NCBI GenBank assembly: GCA_030831725.1
Contig: JAURKN010000112.1
Coordinates: 1-50,368 of the forward strand
Direction: 5' to 3'
DNA: 50,368 nucleotides
Source: Ferruginibacter sp.
GTDB lineage: Bacteria > Bacteroidota > Bacteroidia > Chitinophagales > Chitinophagaceae
How positions within the stretch are numbered: position 1 is the first letter of the stretch; every line of letters begins with the position of its first letter. Positions 18,479 to 29,020 of this stretch are shown here, piece by piece. The notes below the pieces were generated by a model. It did no database searches, was not told where the DNA came from, and was given only the letters and a program-made list of their open reading frames with translations. A program made the translations under genes and the position numbers.

Positions 18479-18880
18479 TCTTTTTATTTTTAATGTGAGT
18501 TAGTCACTCAGAAATTGACCTTTTTTTTTAAGAAATCACGAAAAAAACCATTTTTTTAGCCAAGTTTTTAAAAAATTGGGCGTCAGAATGACTAATTTTT
18601 ATCCAACAATATAAAATGCCACCCATGACGTTTCAAATATACTAACTAAATTATTTTATTGTTTAGTTAATTTTTTTAACTTTATTGTTTTTCAACGGGT
18701 TAACGTAAACGTATACACGAAAAGTGAATTTGGAGCAAGTATAAAATCAATTTAATTAATTGTTTTACAATGTTTTATCTATTTGTAAATTTGTTATCCA
18801 TAAATAATTGAAGCGTTAAACTTATTCACATTTTTGAAATTTTATTTTTTTTTATGGGGTCAATTTGTAATTTAGCAGTA

Positions 18881-18941
18881 GAATTTAATGGGTTAGTAAG
18901 TACAAAGGGTCAGCAGTAATGTTGACCCTTTTACTTTTTTT
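18881..18941 (+). ncRNA. Candidate stand-alone small RNA or attenuated leader upstream of radA
   Basis: TAATTTAG -7-like element (18868-18875), a short single-stranded region, then hairpin AAAGGGTCAGCA-GTAA-TGTTGACCCTTT and a T-run. There is no upstream plus-strand gene to terminate. Confidence 0.55.
18904..18941 (+). terminator. Intrinsic terminator
   Basis: 12-bp stem with one G-U pair, GTAA (GNRA) loop and downstream T-tract. Confidence 0.8.
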
Positions 18942-19083
18942 ACGTCTTAGTTTTTCTCTTTTCCTTTTTCTTCTCATCGATTCAATTTTCAATTTCATTT
19001 TCTTTTTTTTATTTCTTTTTCATCCTGAATAAATTTCATTTACACAAGATTTTCTTTCCATCAATTGCCATTACTTTTACTTC

Positions 19084-20454
19084 ATGAGTAAAGTAAAAAC
19101 ATCTTTTTTCTGTCAGCATTGTGGTTACGAAAGCGCTAAGTGGCTTGGCAAATGTCCTTCATGCCAGGAATGGAATGGATTTGTGGAAGAAGTGCTTTCC
19201 AAAGGGAATGACGGAAATGGAAAAGAGGACTGGTCAGCTTTTCATGAACATGAAAAATCAAAAACCATTTTACTGGACAATGTAAGCAGCGCGGAAGAAA
19301 AAAGGATGGTGACTACGGATAATGAATTGAATCGTGTGTTGGGCGGAGGTATTGTTCCTGGTGCGCTCATCTTGGTTGCCGGAGAACCCGGGATAGGAAA
19401 ATCAACTTTGTTTTTACAGAATGGTTTACAACTCAAACAAATTAAAACCCTGTATGTAAGTGGTGAGGAAAGTGAGCAACAAATCAAAATGAGAGCCGAT
19501 CGTTTGGGCATTTCAAATCCAAATTTTTTTCTCATTACCGAAACAGATACAAGAACCATTTTCAAGGAAATCAAAAAATTAAAACCTGAGCTGGTCATTA
19601 TCGATTCGATTCAAACCTTACAGTCTCCTTTCGTAGAATCGGCACCAGGCAGCGTCAGTCAAATCCGGGAATGTGCTGCGGAATGGCAACGTTTTGCCAA
19701 AGAAACCCAGACCCCTGTTTTCCTGATCGGTCACATCACCAAAGATGGTACGATAGCGGGTCCGAAATTATTGGAGCATATGGTTGATACGGTTCTTCAG
19801 TTTGAAGGTGACAGACATTATGCCTATCGAATTTTGAGAACACTAAAAAATCGCTTCGGTTCCACTTCAGAACTTGGAATCTATGAAATGACAGGCCAAG
19901 GTATGCGTCCGGTTGACAACCCGAGTGAAATCTTGATTGCCCAAAAAGAAGATCATCTCAGCGGCATCGCAATTGCGGCAACCATGGAGGGCATGCGTCC
20001 CTTATTGATAGAAACACAAGCTTTGGTTACACCCAGCGTTTACGGAACACCACAAAGAACAGTAAGCGGCTTTGATTTAAGAAGATTACAGTTGCTGTTG
20101 GCAGTTTTGGAAAAAAGAGGTGGATTCCAATTTGGCATGAAGGACGTTTTTGTAAACATAGCGGGAGGCATAAAAGCGGATGATCCATCAATCGACCTCG
20201 CAATAGTGTCTGCCTTGTTGAGCAGTTTTGAAGATGTGGCACTTCCTCAAAAAGTATGTTTCAGCGGAGAGGTTGGTTTGAGTGGAGAGATTCGTGCGGT
20301 AAACCGAATCGAACAAAGAATCGCCGAAGCAGAAAAACTGGGTTTCGAAAAAATCATCGTAAGTAAATACAATAAGATTGTCGATAAATCGTCAACTGGT
20401 ATTCAAATCGTCGCTCTTTCCAAAGTGGAGGAATTATATCATTTGTTGTTCTGA
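19084..20454 (+). CDS. radA: DNA repair protein RadA/Sms
   Basis: C4 zinc finger CQHCG..KWLGKCPSC, GEPGIGKST, KNRFG, Lon-like C-terminus GEVGLSGEIR. Confidence 0.98.
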   Translation: MSKVKTSFFCQHCGYESAKWLGKCPSCQEWNGFVEEVLSKGNDGNGKEDWSAFHEHEKSKTILLDNVSSAEEKRMVTTDNELNRVLGGGIVPGALILVAGEPGIGKSTLFLQNGLQLKQIKTLYVSGEESEQQIKMRADRLGISNPNFFLITETDTRTIFKEIKKLKPELVIIDSIQTLQSPFVESAPGSVSQIRECAAEWQRFAKETQTPVFLIGHITKDGTIAGPKLLEHMVDTVLQFEGDRHYAYRILRTLKNRFGSTSELGIYEMTGQGMRPVDNPSEILIAQKEDHLSGIAIAATMEGMRPLLIETQALVTPSVYGTPQRTVSGFDLRRLQLLLAVLEKRGGFQFGMKDVFVNIAGGIKADDPSIDLAIVSALLSSFEDVALPQKVCFSGEVGLSGEIRAVNRIEQRIAEAEKLGFEKIIVSKYNKIVDKSSTGIQIVALSKVEELYHLLF

Positions 20455-20468
20455 CCCTGTAGTTAACT

Positions 20469-21158
20469 ATGTTTCAATCCATGCTCCGCTCAGTGGGCCA
20501 GATTTTGTTTCCTCATTATTGCCGATGCTGTGGACATGAACTGGAAAATAGAAAAATCTTGCTTTGTTTTTCCTGCAAGCAGAATTTGCCAATCACCGGA
20601 TTTTCATCCATACCCAACAATCCGGTTGAGAAAATTTTCGCAGGCCGATTGGATTTGCAAGCGGCGACGAGTGGGTTTTATTTTTCAAAAGGTGCCATTC
20701 TTCAAAAATTGATTCACGAACTGAAATATAAAGAAAATCAGGCTGCAGGCAGATACTTGGGAAAATTGCTCGGTGCTGAAATGAGAAGCAGCACTCGTTT
20801 CCATCAATTGGACATGATCATTCCCATGCCCATGCATGCTGGAAAACAAAAAAAGCGCGGTTATAATCAGGCGGAATGCATCGCGCAGGGATTATCGGAA
20901 ATCCTCGGCGTTACCATGCAAAACGGATTCATTCAGAAAAAGAAAGCCACCGAAACCCAAACCCGAAAAGACAGAATCTCAAGATGGAATAACACGGCTG
21001 ATGTGTTTCATGTGCCCGATCCGAAAGTTTTTGAACAAAAGCGGATTCTGCTGGTGGATGATGTGGTTACCACAGGAGCGACCATCGAAGCATGTGGTAC
21101 AGAAATTCTGAAATCAAAAGGAGCATGTCTGTTTGTGGCTACCATTGCAGTAGCTTGA
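20469..21158 (+). CDS. comF: ComF-family protein (zinc ribbon + phosphoribosyltransferase domain)
   Basis: CRCCG..CFSC, LIHELKY, RGYNQA, LLVDDVVTTGAT. Confidence 0.92.
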   Translation: MFQSMLRSVGQILFPHYCRCCGHELENRKILLCFSCKQNLPITGFSSIPNNPVEKIFAGRLDLQAATSGFYFSKGAILQKLIHELKYKENQAAGRYLGKLLGAEMRSSTRFHQLDMIIPMPMHAGKQKKRGYNQAECIAQGLSEILGVTMQNGFIQKKKATETQTRKDRISRWNNTADVFHVPDPKVFEQKRILLVDDVVTTGATIEACGTEILKSKGACLFVATIAVA

Positions 21159-21223
21159 TTCCATTTTCATTTCTTATTTGCCTTTGAAAAGGGAATGAAA
21201 GATTGAATGGTTTATTTTTGAAT

Positions 21224-22639
21224 ATGCGTTTCCACTTCTTCAAAATCTTTTTCATCATTTGCTTTGCTGCTTTGTTGATGAACAGCTGTGCCAAAGACGA
21301 CTTTACGACAAACTCCGAATCAGGCATCACATTCAGCAAAGACACCATCCGCTTTGACACCGTTTTTGTTTCATCAGGATCTGTCACCCAAACTTTCAAA
21401 ATATACAACAATAACAACCAGAAGATACGAATCAGTCAGATTCGTTTGATGAGTGGCAACGGATCCTCTTTCCAGATCAACATCAACGGCATCCCCTCTT
21501 CTTCCACAAGCGATTTCGATTTGGATGCCGAAGACAGCGCATATGTTTTTGTAACCGTTAATATAGATCCGAACCAACAAAACCAGCCTTTTCTGATTCA
21601 GGATAGCATCCGCTTCGACTGCAATGGAAATACAAGTTTCGTTCAACTCGAAGCCTATGGACAAAACGCCGTATTCGTTCGGAATTCACGCATAACCTCC
21701 GACGTTACTTGGAATGATTCACTGCCTTATGTAATTATCGGACCATTGATTATAGACAGCAACGCAACACTGGAATTACTCCCAGGTTGCAGGATATTTG
21801 TCCATGCGAATGCGCCAATCCTCATTGACGGCAGCTTGCAGTCTATGGGTACAGAAGCAGAACCTGTCGTCATCCGTGGCGACAGAATGGATGAATATTA
21901 TAAAGGACTTCCCGGATCCTGGCCGGGCTTATATTTCAGGCCATCCAGCCAAGACAATCAAATGGCTTACACCATACTTTTAAATGCCACAGATGCCATC
22001 AATCTGATTTCTCCATCACCAAACTCTACCGCTCCGAAACTTACTTTACGTCAATGTATAATCGATAACGCATTAAGGTCAGGCATATACGCTATCGAGA
22101 GCAGCTTCATCGCCACAAATTGCCTGATCAGCAATTGCGGAAACAACATCAATATTGAAAAAGGCGGTGAATACGACCTAGAGCATTGTACTATTGTGGC
22201 CTATTCAAACAGCTATGTTCTTCATCAGGAGCCGGTTCTCGAAGCGAGTGATTATGCCTTGCTTTCAGGCACTGGCGCTACTTCCGATCTGTCCATGAAC
22301 ATCAAAAATTCGATCCTTTGGGGAGAAGGTGGAAACATATTAAATGAGATACGATTGGACAAAGCTGGAAATGGCATCTTTGACGTTCGATTGGAAAATT
22401 GCATTTTAAAGAACGAATCCGATTCCAACTATTGGAGCTCCATCAATCTGCTCAGAAACATCGATCCACTGTTTGACAGTGTAGATACTTTTGAGGAATA
22501 TTACGATTTCAGAACATCGCGAAATCCATCGGCTCCGGGAATTGACCAAGGTTCCGCCACCCTTTTGCCAAAAGACTTGGACGGATTATCAAGAACTGTA
22601 AACGGAACACCGGACCTGGGTTGCTATGAAAAACAATGA
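21224..22639 (+). CDS. Lipoprotein with Ig-like N-terminus, probable right-handed beta-helix and choice-of-anchor Q-like C-terminus
   Basis: Lipobox LMNSC; FSKDTIRFDTVF; repeated NCLISN/HCTI/NSILWG/NCIL units; C-terminal GIDQG...DLDGLSR..GTPDLGCYE. Confidence 0.7.
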   Translation: MRFHFFKIFFIICFAALLMNSCAKDDFTTNSESGITFSKDTIRFDTVFVSSGSVTQTFKIYNNNNQKIRISQIRLMSGNGSSFQININGIPSSSTSDFDLDAEDSAYVFVTVNIDPNQQNQPFLIQDSIRFDCNGNTSFVQLEAYGQNAVFVRNSRITSDVTWNDSLPYVIIGPLIIDSNATLELLPGCRIFVHANAPILIDGSLQSMGTEAEPVVIRGDRMDEYYKGLPGSWPGLYFRPSSQDNQMAYTILLNATDAINLISPSPNSTAPKLTLRQCIIDNALRSGIYAIESSFIATNCLISNCGNNINIEKGGEYDLEHCTIVAYSNSYVLHQEPVLEASDYALLSGTGATSDLSMNIKNSILWGEGGNILNEIRLDKAGNGIFDVRLENCILKNESDSNYWSSINLLRNIDPLFDSVDTFEEYYDFRTSRNPSAPGIDQGSATLLPKDLDGLSRTVNGTPDLGCYEKQ

Positions 22640-22691
22640 TGATTGGAAACAATTCCGGCCATTTTGTGTTAGTATTAAAATGATTTCCAAA

Positions 22692-23270
22692 ATGAAACTT
22701 ATACTACTTTCTGTATTGTACGTGAGCCTGGTCTCTTGTACCACACCTGAACAAAAAGAAAACAATCCCTCAATAAATACTACATCCTCCATGGACTCAC
22801 TTCCATCCATCCATACCTTCAAGATTGAATCTCTTCAGGGTGGGACCATCAATCTTTCAGATTTCAAAGGAAAAAAAATATTGATCGTAAATACCGCATC
22901 TGAGTGTGGATACACGCCGCAATACAAAGCATTGCAATCTCTATATGCGGGACACAAGGACAAATTAGTCGTCCTGGGTGTTCCTTCCAATGATTTCGGT
23001 GGACAAGAACCCGGTTCAAACACAGAAATCGGAAGCTTTTGCGAAAAAAACTATGGTGTCACTTTTCCTTTGGCAGCAAAATCGGTTGTAACCGGAGATC
23101 AAATGTGTCCATTATATCAGTGGCTTACCCAAAAATCAAAAAATGGAGTGCTTGATGCTACTGTGGGCTGGAATTTCAACAAATTCCTGATCGATGAAGA
23201 AGGCCACCTGATACAAAAATTCGAAAGCAGAGTAAAGCCGGAGGACCCGGAAATACTGAATGCACTCTAA
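22692..23270 (+). CDS. Cys-type glutathione peroxidase, probable lipoprotein
   Basis: VNTASECGYTPQY, PSNDFGGQEPG, WNFNKFLID; lipobox LVSC. Confidence 0.93.
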   Translation: MKLILLSVLYVSLVSCTTPEQKENNPSINTTSSMDSLPSIHTFKIESLQGGTINLSDFKGKKILIVNTASECGYTPQYKALQSLYAGHKDKLVVLGVPSNDFGGQEPGSNTEIGSFCEKNYGVTFPLAAKSVVTGDQMCPLYQWLTQKSKNGVLDATVGWNFNKFLIDEEGHLIQKFESRVKPEDPEILNAL

Positions 23271-23321
23271 GCATTCAAGTTTGATTCCGAAGCGCTGATT
23301 TTTTGGTTAAGTTTGCATCCT

Positions 23322-24545
23322 GTGCAATTCAAAGACATCATAGGACAACAGGAGACAAAACAACAACTGACCGGATTATTCCATCAAAACAGGTTGAGTC
23401 ATGCTCTGCTCTTTCTTGGAAAAGAAGGAAACGGGGCACTTTCGCTAGCCAGGGCTTTTGCCCAATATGTATTGTGCGACAAGATTAACGGCAGATCTCA
23501 AGCTCCAGCATCACTGGGTATGTTCGGAGAACCAGAACCTGTTAACCAAGCGCCTGAGCAGCTTGATGACTCATGCGGAGTTTGCCCATCTTGTCAGAAA
23601 TCAGCCCGACTCATACATCCCGATATTCATTTCACCATTCCAACCATTAGTGGCATTTCCAAAACAAGACCGACCATTTCTACCGATCTGATTGAGCCTT
23701 GGAGAAAATTTATTTTGGAAAACCCATACGGAAACAGCTTCGACTGGTTGCAACATATAGATGCGGAGAACAAACAAGGGAACATAACCTCGGAAGAGTG
23801 CAACGACATCATCCGTAGGATGAATCTCAAAAGTTTTGAATCTGGATATAAAATCCTCATCGTCTGGATGACCGAGCTATTCGGTAATGAAGGAAACAAA
23901 CTCCTGAAACTGATTGAGGAGCCGCCTCCACAAACCCTGATGTTTTTTGTCGCTGAAAATGAAGGACAGATTTTGCAAACCATCCTCTCTAGAACACAAT
24001 TGATCAAAATTCCGCTATTGTCAAAATCCGACATCACAGAAGCATTGGTTGAAAAAGAAAAAGCGGATCGTGGTGCGGCGGAAGTCATTGCCTCATTTTG
24101 CGACGGTAACTACAGAGATGCCGTATTGCAACTCAAACATGGCGACGACCAGTGGGAAGTAATGTTGAGAGACTGGATGAACAGCATATTGAAAAGCGGA
24201 CCCATGGCTCAGGTGAAGTGGGTGGAAGAAACTGCGAAACTAGGAAGAGAGAAGCAAAAACAATTTTTACAATATTTTCTTCATCTCATCGAAATGGCCG
24301 TAACCGCTGAATTCAACAACAACGGAATTGAGCCGGAAGAAGGATCAAAACAAGCCACACAGCTTGATTTTGCAAAAAAGCTCAAAAAAATCTGTCAGTT
24401 TCCGCAGTTGGAAGCCATGGCCTCTGTTTTGAGCGATTCCATCTATCAAATAGAACGAAACGCCAACTCCAAAATGCTCTTTCACGCATTGACCATCCGT
24501 CTGTTTCACATTATTAGCAACAAATCAGTAATTTTGGTACACTGA
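23322..24545 (+). CDS. holB: DNA polymerase III delta' subunit
   Basis: FKDIIGQ, RLSHALLF, CGVCPSC, HPDIHF, NKLLKLIEEPP, TILSRTQ. GTG start inferred. Confidence 0.9.
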   Translation: MQFKDIIGQQETKQQLTGLFHQNRLSHALLFLGKEGNGALSLARAFAQYVLCDKINGRSQAPASLGMFGEPEPVNQAPEQLDDSCGVCPSCQKSARLIHPDIHFTIPTISGISKTRPTISTDLIEPWRKFILENPYGNSFDWLQHIDAENKQGNITSEECNDIIRRMNLKSFESGYKILIVWMTELFGNEGNKLLKLIEEPPPQTLMFFVAENEGQILQTILSRTQLIKIPLLSKSDITEALVEKEKADRGAAEVIASFCDGNYRDAVLQLKHGDDQWEVMLRDWMNSILKSGPMAQVKWVEETAKLGREKQKQFLQYFLHLIEMAVTAEFNNNGIEPEEGSKQATQLDFAKKLKKICQFPQLEAMASVLSDSIYQIERNANSKMLFHALTIRLFHIISNKSVILVH

Positions 24546-24613
24546 TATCCAATGGGGTACAGCCTCCGTTATGAAAACGGAAAACATTTCATTCAATAAA
24601 AGATACTTTATAT

Positions 24614-25984
24614 ATGGGTTGTGGAAGTTGTGGAACCAAAGCAGATGGCAGTCCATCGGGCTGCCAGAGTCATGGTCATTGTGCCAGTGGAGGATGTAAC
24701 CGCATGAATGTGCATGATTGGTTGTCCAATCTGCCGTTTGGTGATGCGGAAAGCAGCTGTAAAATCGTTGAAGTTTCCTTCAATAACGGAAGCCGTAAGG
24801 ACTATTTCCGTAATACGACGGTACATTATTATTCCAAAGGCGACATGATTGCCGTTGAGGGCGTTGCGGGATTTGATGTGGGCATGGTCAACCTGACCGG
24901 AGAATTGGTACGATTACAGCTCAAGAAAAACAACCTGGATGAGAAGAGTCCGGACATCAAAAAAATTCTGAGAAGGGCGACAGAACAGGATATTGAGAAA
25001 ATGATGGAGACCAAGACACGCGAGGCAAATATGTTGATTCGGAGCCGTGCGATTGCCAGACAACTCAAGTTGGAGTTGAAAATGGCTGAAGTGGAGATAC
25101 AAGCAGATGGCAAAAAAGCCACCTATTTTTATATAGCGGATGATCGTGTGGATTTTAGGGAATTGATCAAGCTTTACGCGGCGGAGTTCAAGGTGAAAGT
25201 GGAAATGAGGCAAATCGGAGCTCGTCAGGAAGCCGGTAAAGTGGGTGGAATCGGAAGCTGCGGACGTGAATTGTGTTGCAGTACCTGGCTCGCTGATTTC
25301 AAAAGTGTAAATACCAATGCTGCACGATATCAAAACCTGAGCATCAACCAGACCAAACTTAGCGGTCAGTGTGGCAGGTTAAAATGCTGCCTGAACTACG
25401 AGCTTGATACATACATGGATGCCCTTCAGTATTTCCCCAACGATGCGGATGTACTTGAAATGGCCAAAGGAAGAGCTTTTCTCGCCAAAAAAGATATTTT
25501 CAGAAACCTGATGTGGTATACCATGCCAGACAGCAACAAGCAATATCCATTGAGTCTGGAAACGGTAAAACGAATCAAAGCCCAGAACCGTGAAGGCATC
25601 AGACCCGAAGAGTTTGAAACCGTAGAAGTAACTAGTTCGAAGCCCAAGGAAGTAGAACCTGAATATGCGGACCTTGTTGGACAAATCAGCCTGAAGAGTC
25701 TGGAAAAAACAACAAGAAAGAGAAGAGACAAAGAAAGAAATCAGCAAAGACCTCAACAACATCAGTCCGGACCAAGAAATGCACCTCAGGCGAGAGCTGT
25801 TCCTGGCGGACCTCAGCAGCCTCAGGCAGGTAGAAATAACCCGGCACAAGGACAAAAAAATCAACAACAGCCAGGAAACAGGCCACAAAGACCCGGTGGT
25901 AACCGACCAAGTGGTGGTAATCACGGACCACAAAGAGGACCTCAAAACAGAAACCAGCAACCCCCTGCCGAAAAGAAAGATTAA
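24614..25984 (+). CDS. ricT: PSP1-domain Fe-S protein RicT/YaaT with low-complexity C-terminal tail
   Basis: RVDFRELIK, MRQIGARQEA, GSCGRELCC, KLSGQCGRLKCCLNYE; follows holB. Confidence 0.9.
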   Translation: MGCGSCGTKADGSPSGCQSHGHCASGGCNRMNVHDWLSNLPFGDAESSCKIVEVSFNNGSRKDYFRNTTVHYYSKGDMIAVEGVAGFDVGMVNLTGELVRLQLKKNNLDEKSPDIKKILRRATEQDIEKMMETKTREANMLIRSRAIARQLKLELKMAEVEIQADGKKATYFYIADDRVDFRELIKLYAAEFKVKVEMRQIGARQEAGKVGGIGSCGRELCCSTWLADFKSVNTNAARYQNLSINQTKLSGQCGRLKCCLNYELDTYMDALQYFPNDADVLEMAKGRAFLAKKDIFRNLMWYTMPDSNKQYPLSLETVKRIKAQNREGIRPEEFETVEVTSSKPKEVEPEYADLVGQISLKSLEKTTRKRRDKERNQQRPQQHQSGPRNAPQARAVPGGPQQPQAGRNNPAQGQKNQQQPGNRPQRPGGNRPSGGNHGPQRGPQNRNQQPPAEKKD

Positions 25985-26017
25985 TCCGGTAAGGAGTAAC
26001 ACATAAACCTTTGTACT

Positions 26018-26938
26018 TTGTCGATTCAGGTTAAGCATCTTACAAAAACGTATGGCCATCAGAGAGCTGTAGACGACATTTCTTTTGAAATCGGGAGTCC
26101 GGAAATCGTAGGATTTTTGGGACCCAACGGAGCCGGAAAATCAACGACCATGAAGATGATTACCGGTTTTTTTTCTGCCGATTCCGGCAGCGTCAGCATC
26201 TGCGGCCAAACCATCCAACCCGGTGATACCTCATTCAAAAAAAAGTTGGGTTATCTGCCAGAATCCAATCCACTCTACAGCGACATGTTCGTAAGAGAGT
26301 ATTTGCAATTTATCGCAGGCGTTCATGGATTGAAAAACTGGGAAATGGCCACAGAATTTGCCATACAACAGGTGGGTCTGACTCCGGAATCAGACAAAAA
26401 GATTCATCAGCTAAGCAAGGGATACAAACAACGCGTAGGACTCGCAGCCGCATTGATACATAATCCGGAAGTTCTTATTCTTGATGAGCCTACAAGCGGA
26501 CTTGACCCCAACCAACTCATCGAAATACGCGAAGTGATCCGAACACTCGCTAAGAAAAAAACCATACTTTTCTCCTCCCATATTTTACAAGAGGTGGAAG
26601 CTCTCTGCGAAAGAGTGATCATTATCAATAAAGGCAAAATTGTTGCGGATAGCAAACTGGTTGATTTGAAAAATAAAACAATCAGAAAATCTTTGATCAG
26701 GGTTCAATGGAGAGAATCGATTGATTCGAATGAATTGAAGAAAATAGCGGATGGAGAAAGCATCATGATGATTTCCTCAAATCTTGTTGAGTGGGAAACG
26801 ATGAATCCGGATCTGACACAAAAGAAAATCCTGGAATGGAGCTTACAAAATGCACTGCACATCGAATCGCTTCAAAACATGTCGCAAGACCTGGAATCTG
26901 TTTTCAAATCATTAACGTTAAACAACAAGGAGGAATAA
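26018..26938 (+). CDS. gldA: ABC ATP-binding protein, gliding motility-associated GldA-like
   Basis: GFLGPNGAGKSTTMK, GYLPESNPLY, LSKGYKQRVGLA, DEPTSGLDPNQL. Confidence 0.8.
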   Translation: MSIQVKHLTKTYGHQRAVDDISFEIGSPEIVGFLGPNGAGKSTTMKMITGFFSADSGSVSICGQTIQPGDTSFKKKLGYLPESNPLYSDMFVREYLQFIAGVHGLKNWEMATEFAIQQVGLTPESDKKIHQLSKGYKQRVGLAAALIHNPEVLILDEPTSGLDPNQLIEIREVIRTLAKKKTILFSSHILQEVEALCERVIIINKGKIVADSKLVDLKNKTIRKSLIRVQWRESIDSNELKKIADGESIMMISSNLVEWETMNPDLTQKKILEWSLQNALHIESLQNMSQDLESVFKSLTLNNKEE

Positions 26939-26983
26939 TTCCAAAGTTTGGTTAACTTGCAATATCAACTTTTTAACCCTTAA

Positions 26984-28288
<1,305 letters not shown>

Positions 28289-28335
28289 TATTAATTGGAC
28301 TCAAGCCCATTTTTACCATATAATCCGATTTGAAA

Positions 28336-28629
28336 ATGAACAACGCTTTTTTTACCAAATACCAATTTCTAAAAAACAAATATCTTCTCGTGATATTGTT
28401 TTTTCTGGTCTGGATGGCCTTTTTCGACCCGAAAGACTGGGGTTTGATAGCCAATCGCATGGAAAAACTCAAAAATCTGGAAAAAGCCGAAAAACAGCTG
28501 TCCGTTCAGATTGCCGAAACAAAAGCGGAATTGCAGGAGCTGAAAACCAGTGCTGCAACGATTGAAAAATACGCGAGAGAGCGCTACAGGATGAAAAAAG
28601 ACAACGAAGAAGTGTTCATTTGTAAATAA
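28336..28629 (+). CDS. Septum formation initiator (FtsB/DivIC family)
   Basis: One TM segment + coiled coil + IEKYARERYRMKKDNEEVF; downstream of eno. Confidence 0.88.
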   Translation: MNNAFFTKYQFLKNKYLLVILFFLVWMAFFDPKDWGLIANRMEKLKNLEKAEKQLSVQIAETKAELQELKTSAATIEKYARERYRMKKDNEEVFICK

Positions 28630-28728
28630 TTATAAAAAAAATCCTCGGCTGCACAATAAGAAGATAAAACAGCCGTTTATAAGTTTGGATTACGGATAAT
28701 TTACTTAACAAAACCACCAAACCTGCCT

Positions 28729-28968
28729 ATGCACAGTATTACACAGGAAGATCTTCTGCTATACCTGTATGGTGAAACTTCCCCACAACAGACGCAAGAA
28801 ATAAAAATCGCTTTAGAACAAGACTGGAATCTGAAAGAAATCTATTTACAGCTGGAACATACCAAAAATGAACTCGATGGGTTCAATATGAGTCCAAGCG
28901 AAAATTCAGTGAACAAGATTCTTAAATACGCTGAAATTCAAGTTGAAGAGCTTTCAACAACGGAGTAA
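28729..28968 (+). CDS. Small acidic hypothetical protein resembling an anti-sigma N-terminal domain
   Basis: 79-aa ORF with A-rich start context; EDLLLYLYGET...PSENSVNKILKYA. Function is inferred only. Confidence 0.65.
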   Translation: MHSITQEDLLLYLYGETSPQQTQEIKIALEQDWNLKEIYLQLEHTKNELDGFNMSPSENSVNKILKYAEIQVEELSTTE

Positions 28969-28990
28969 GCGAACAAATCATCTTAATTTT

Positions 28991-29020
28991 AACCTGCTTT
29001 AGAAAAAAGCAGGTTTTTTT
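28991..29020 (+). terminator. Intrinsic terminator directly abutting the nth start codon
   Basis: AACCTGCTTT-AGAAA-AAAGCAGGTT followed by T's. Confidence 0.7.

Noticed and set aside
22692-23270. Possible selenocysteine glutathione peroxidase
   Set aside because: The active-site codon is TGT (Cys) and there is no in-frame TGA.
25379-26059. 226-aa hydrophobic antisense ORF
   Set aside because: It is a shadow of the CAA/CAG/AAC-rich ricT tail and has no recognisable motifs.
26018-26938. gldA without gldF/gldG
   Set aside because: gldA is commonly unlinked from gldFG in Bacteroidota, so this is not unusual.
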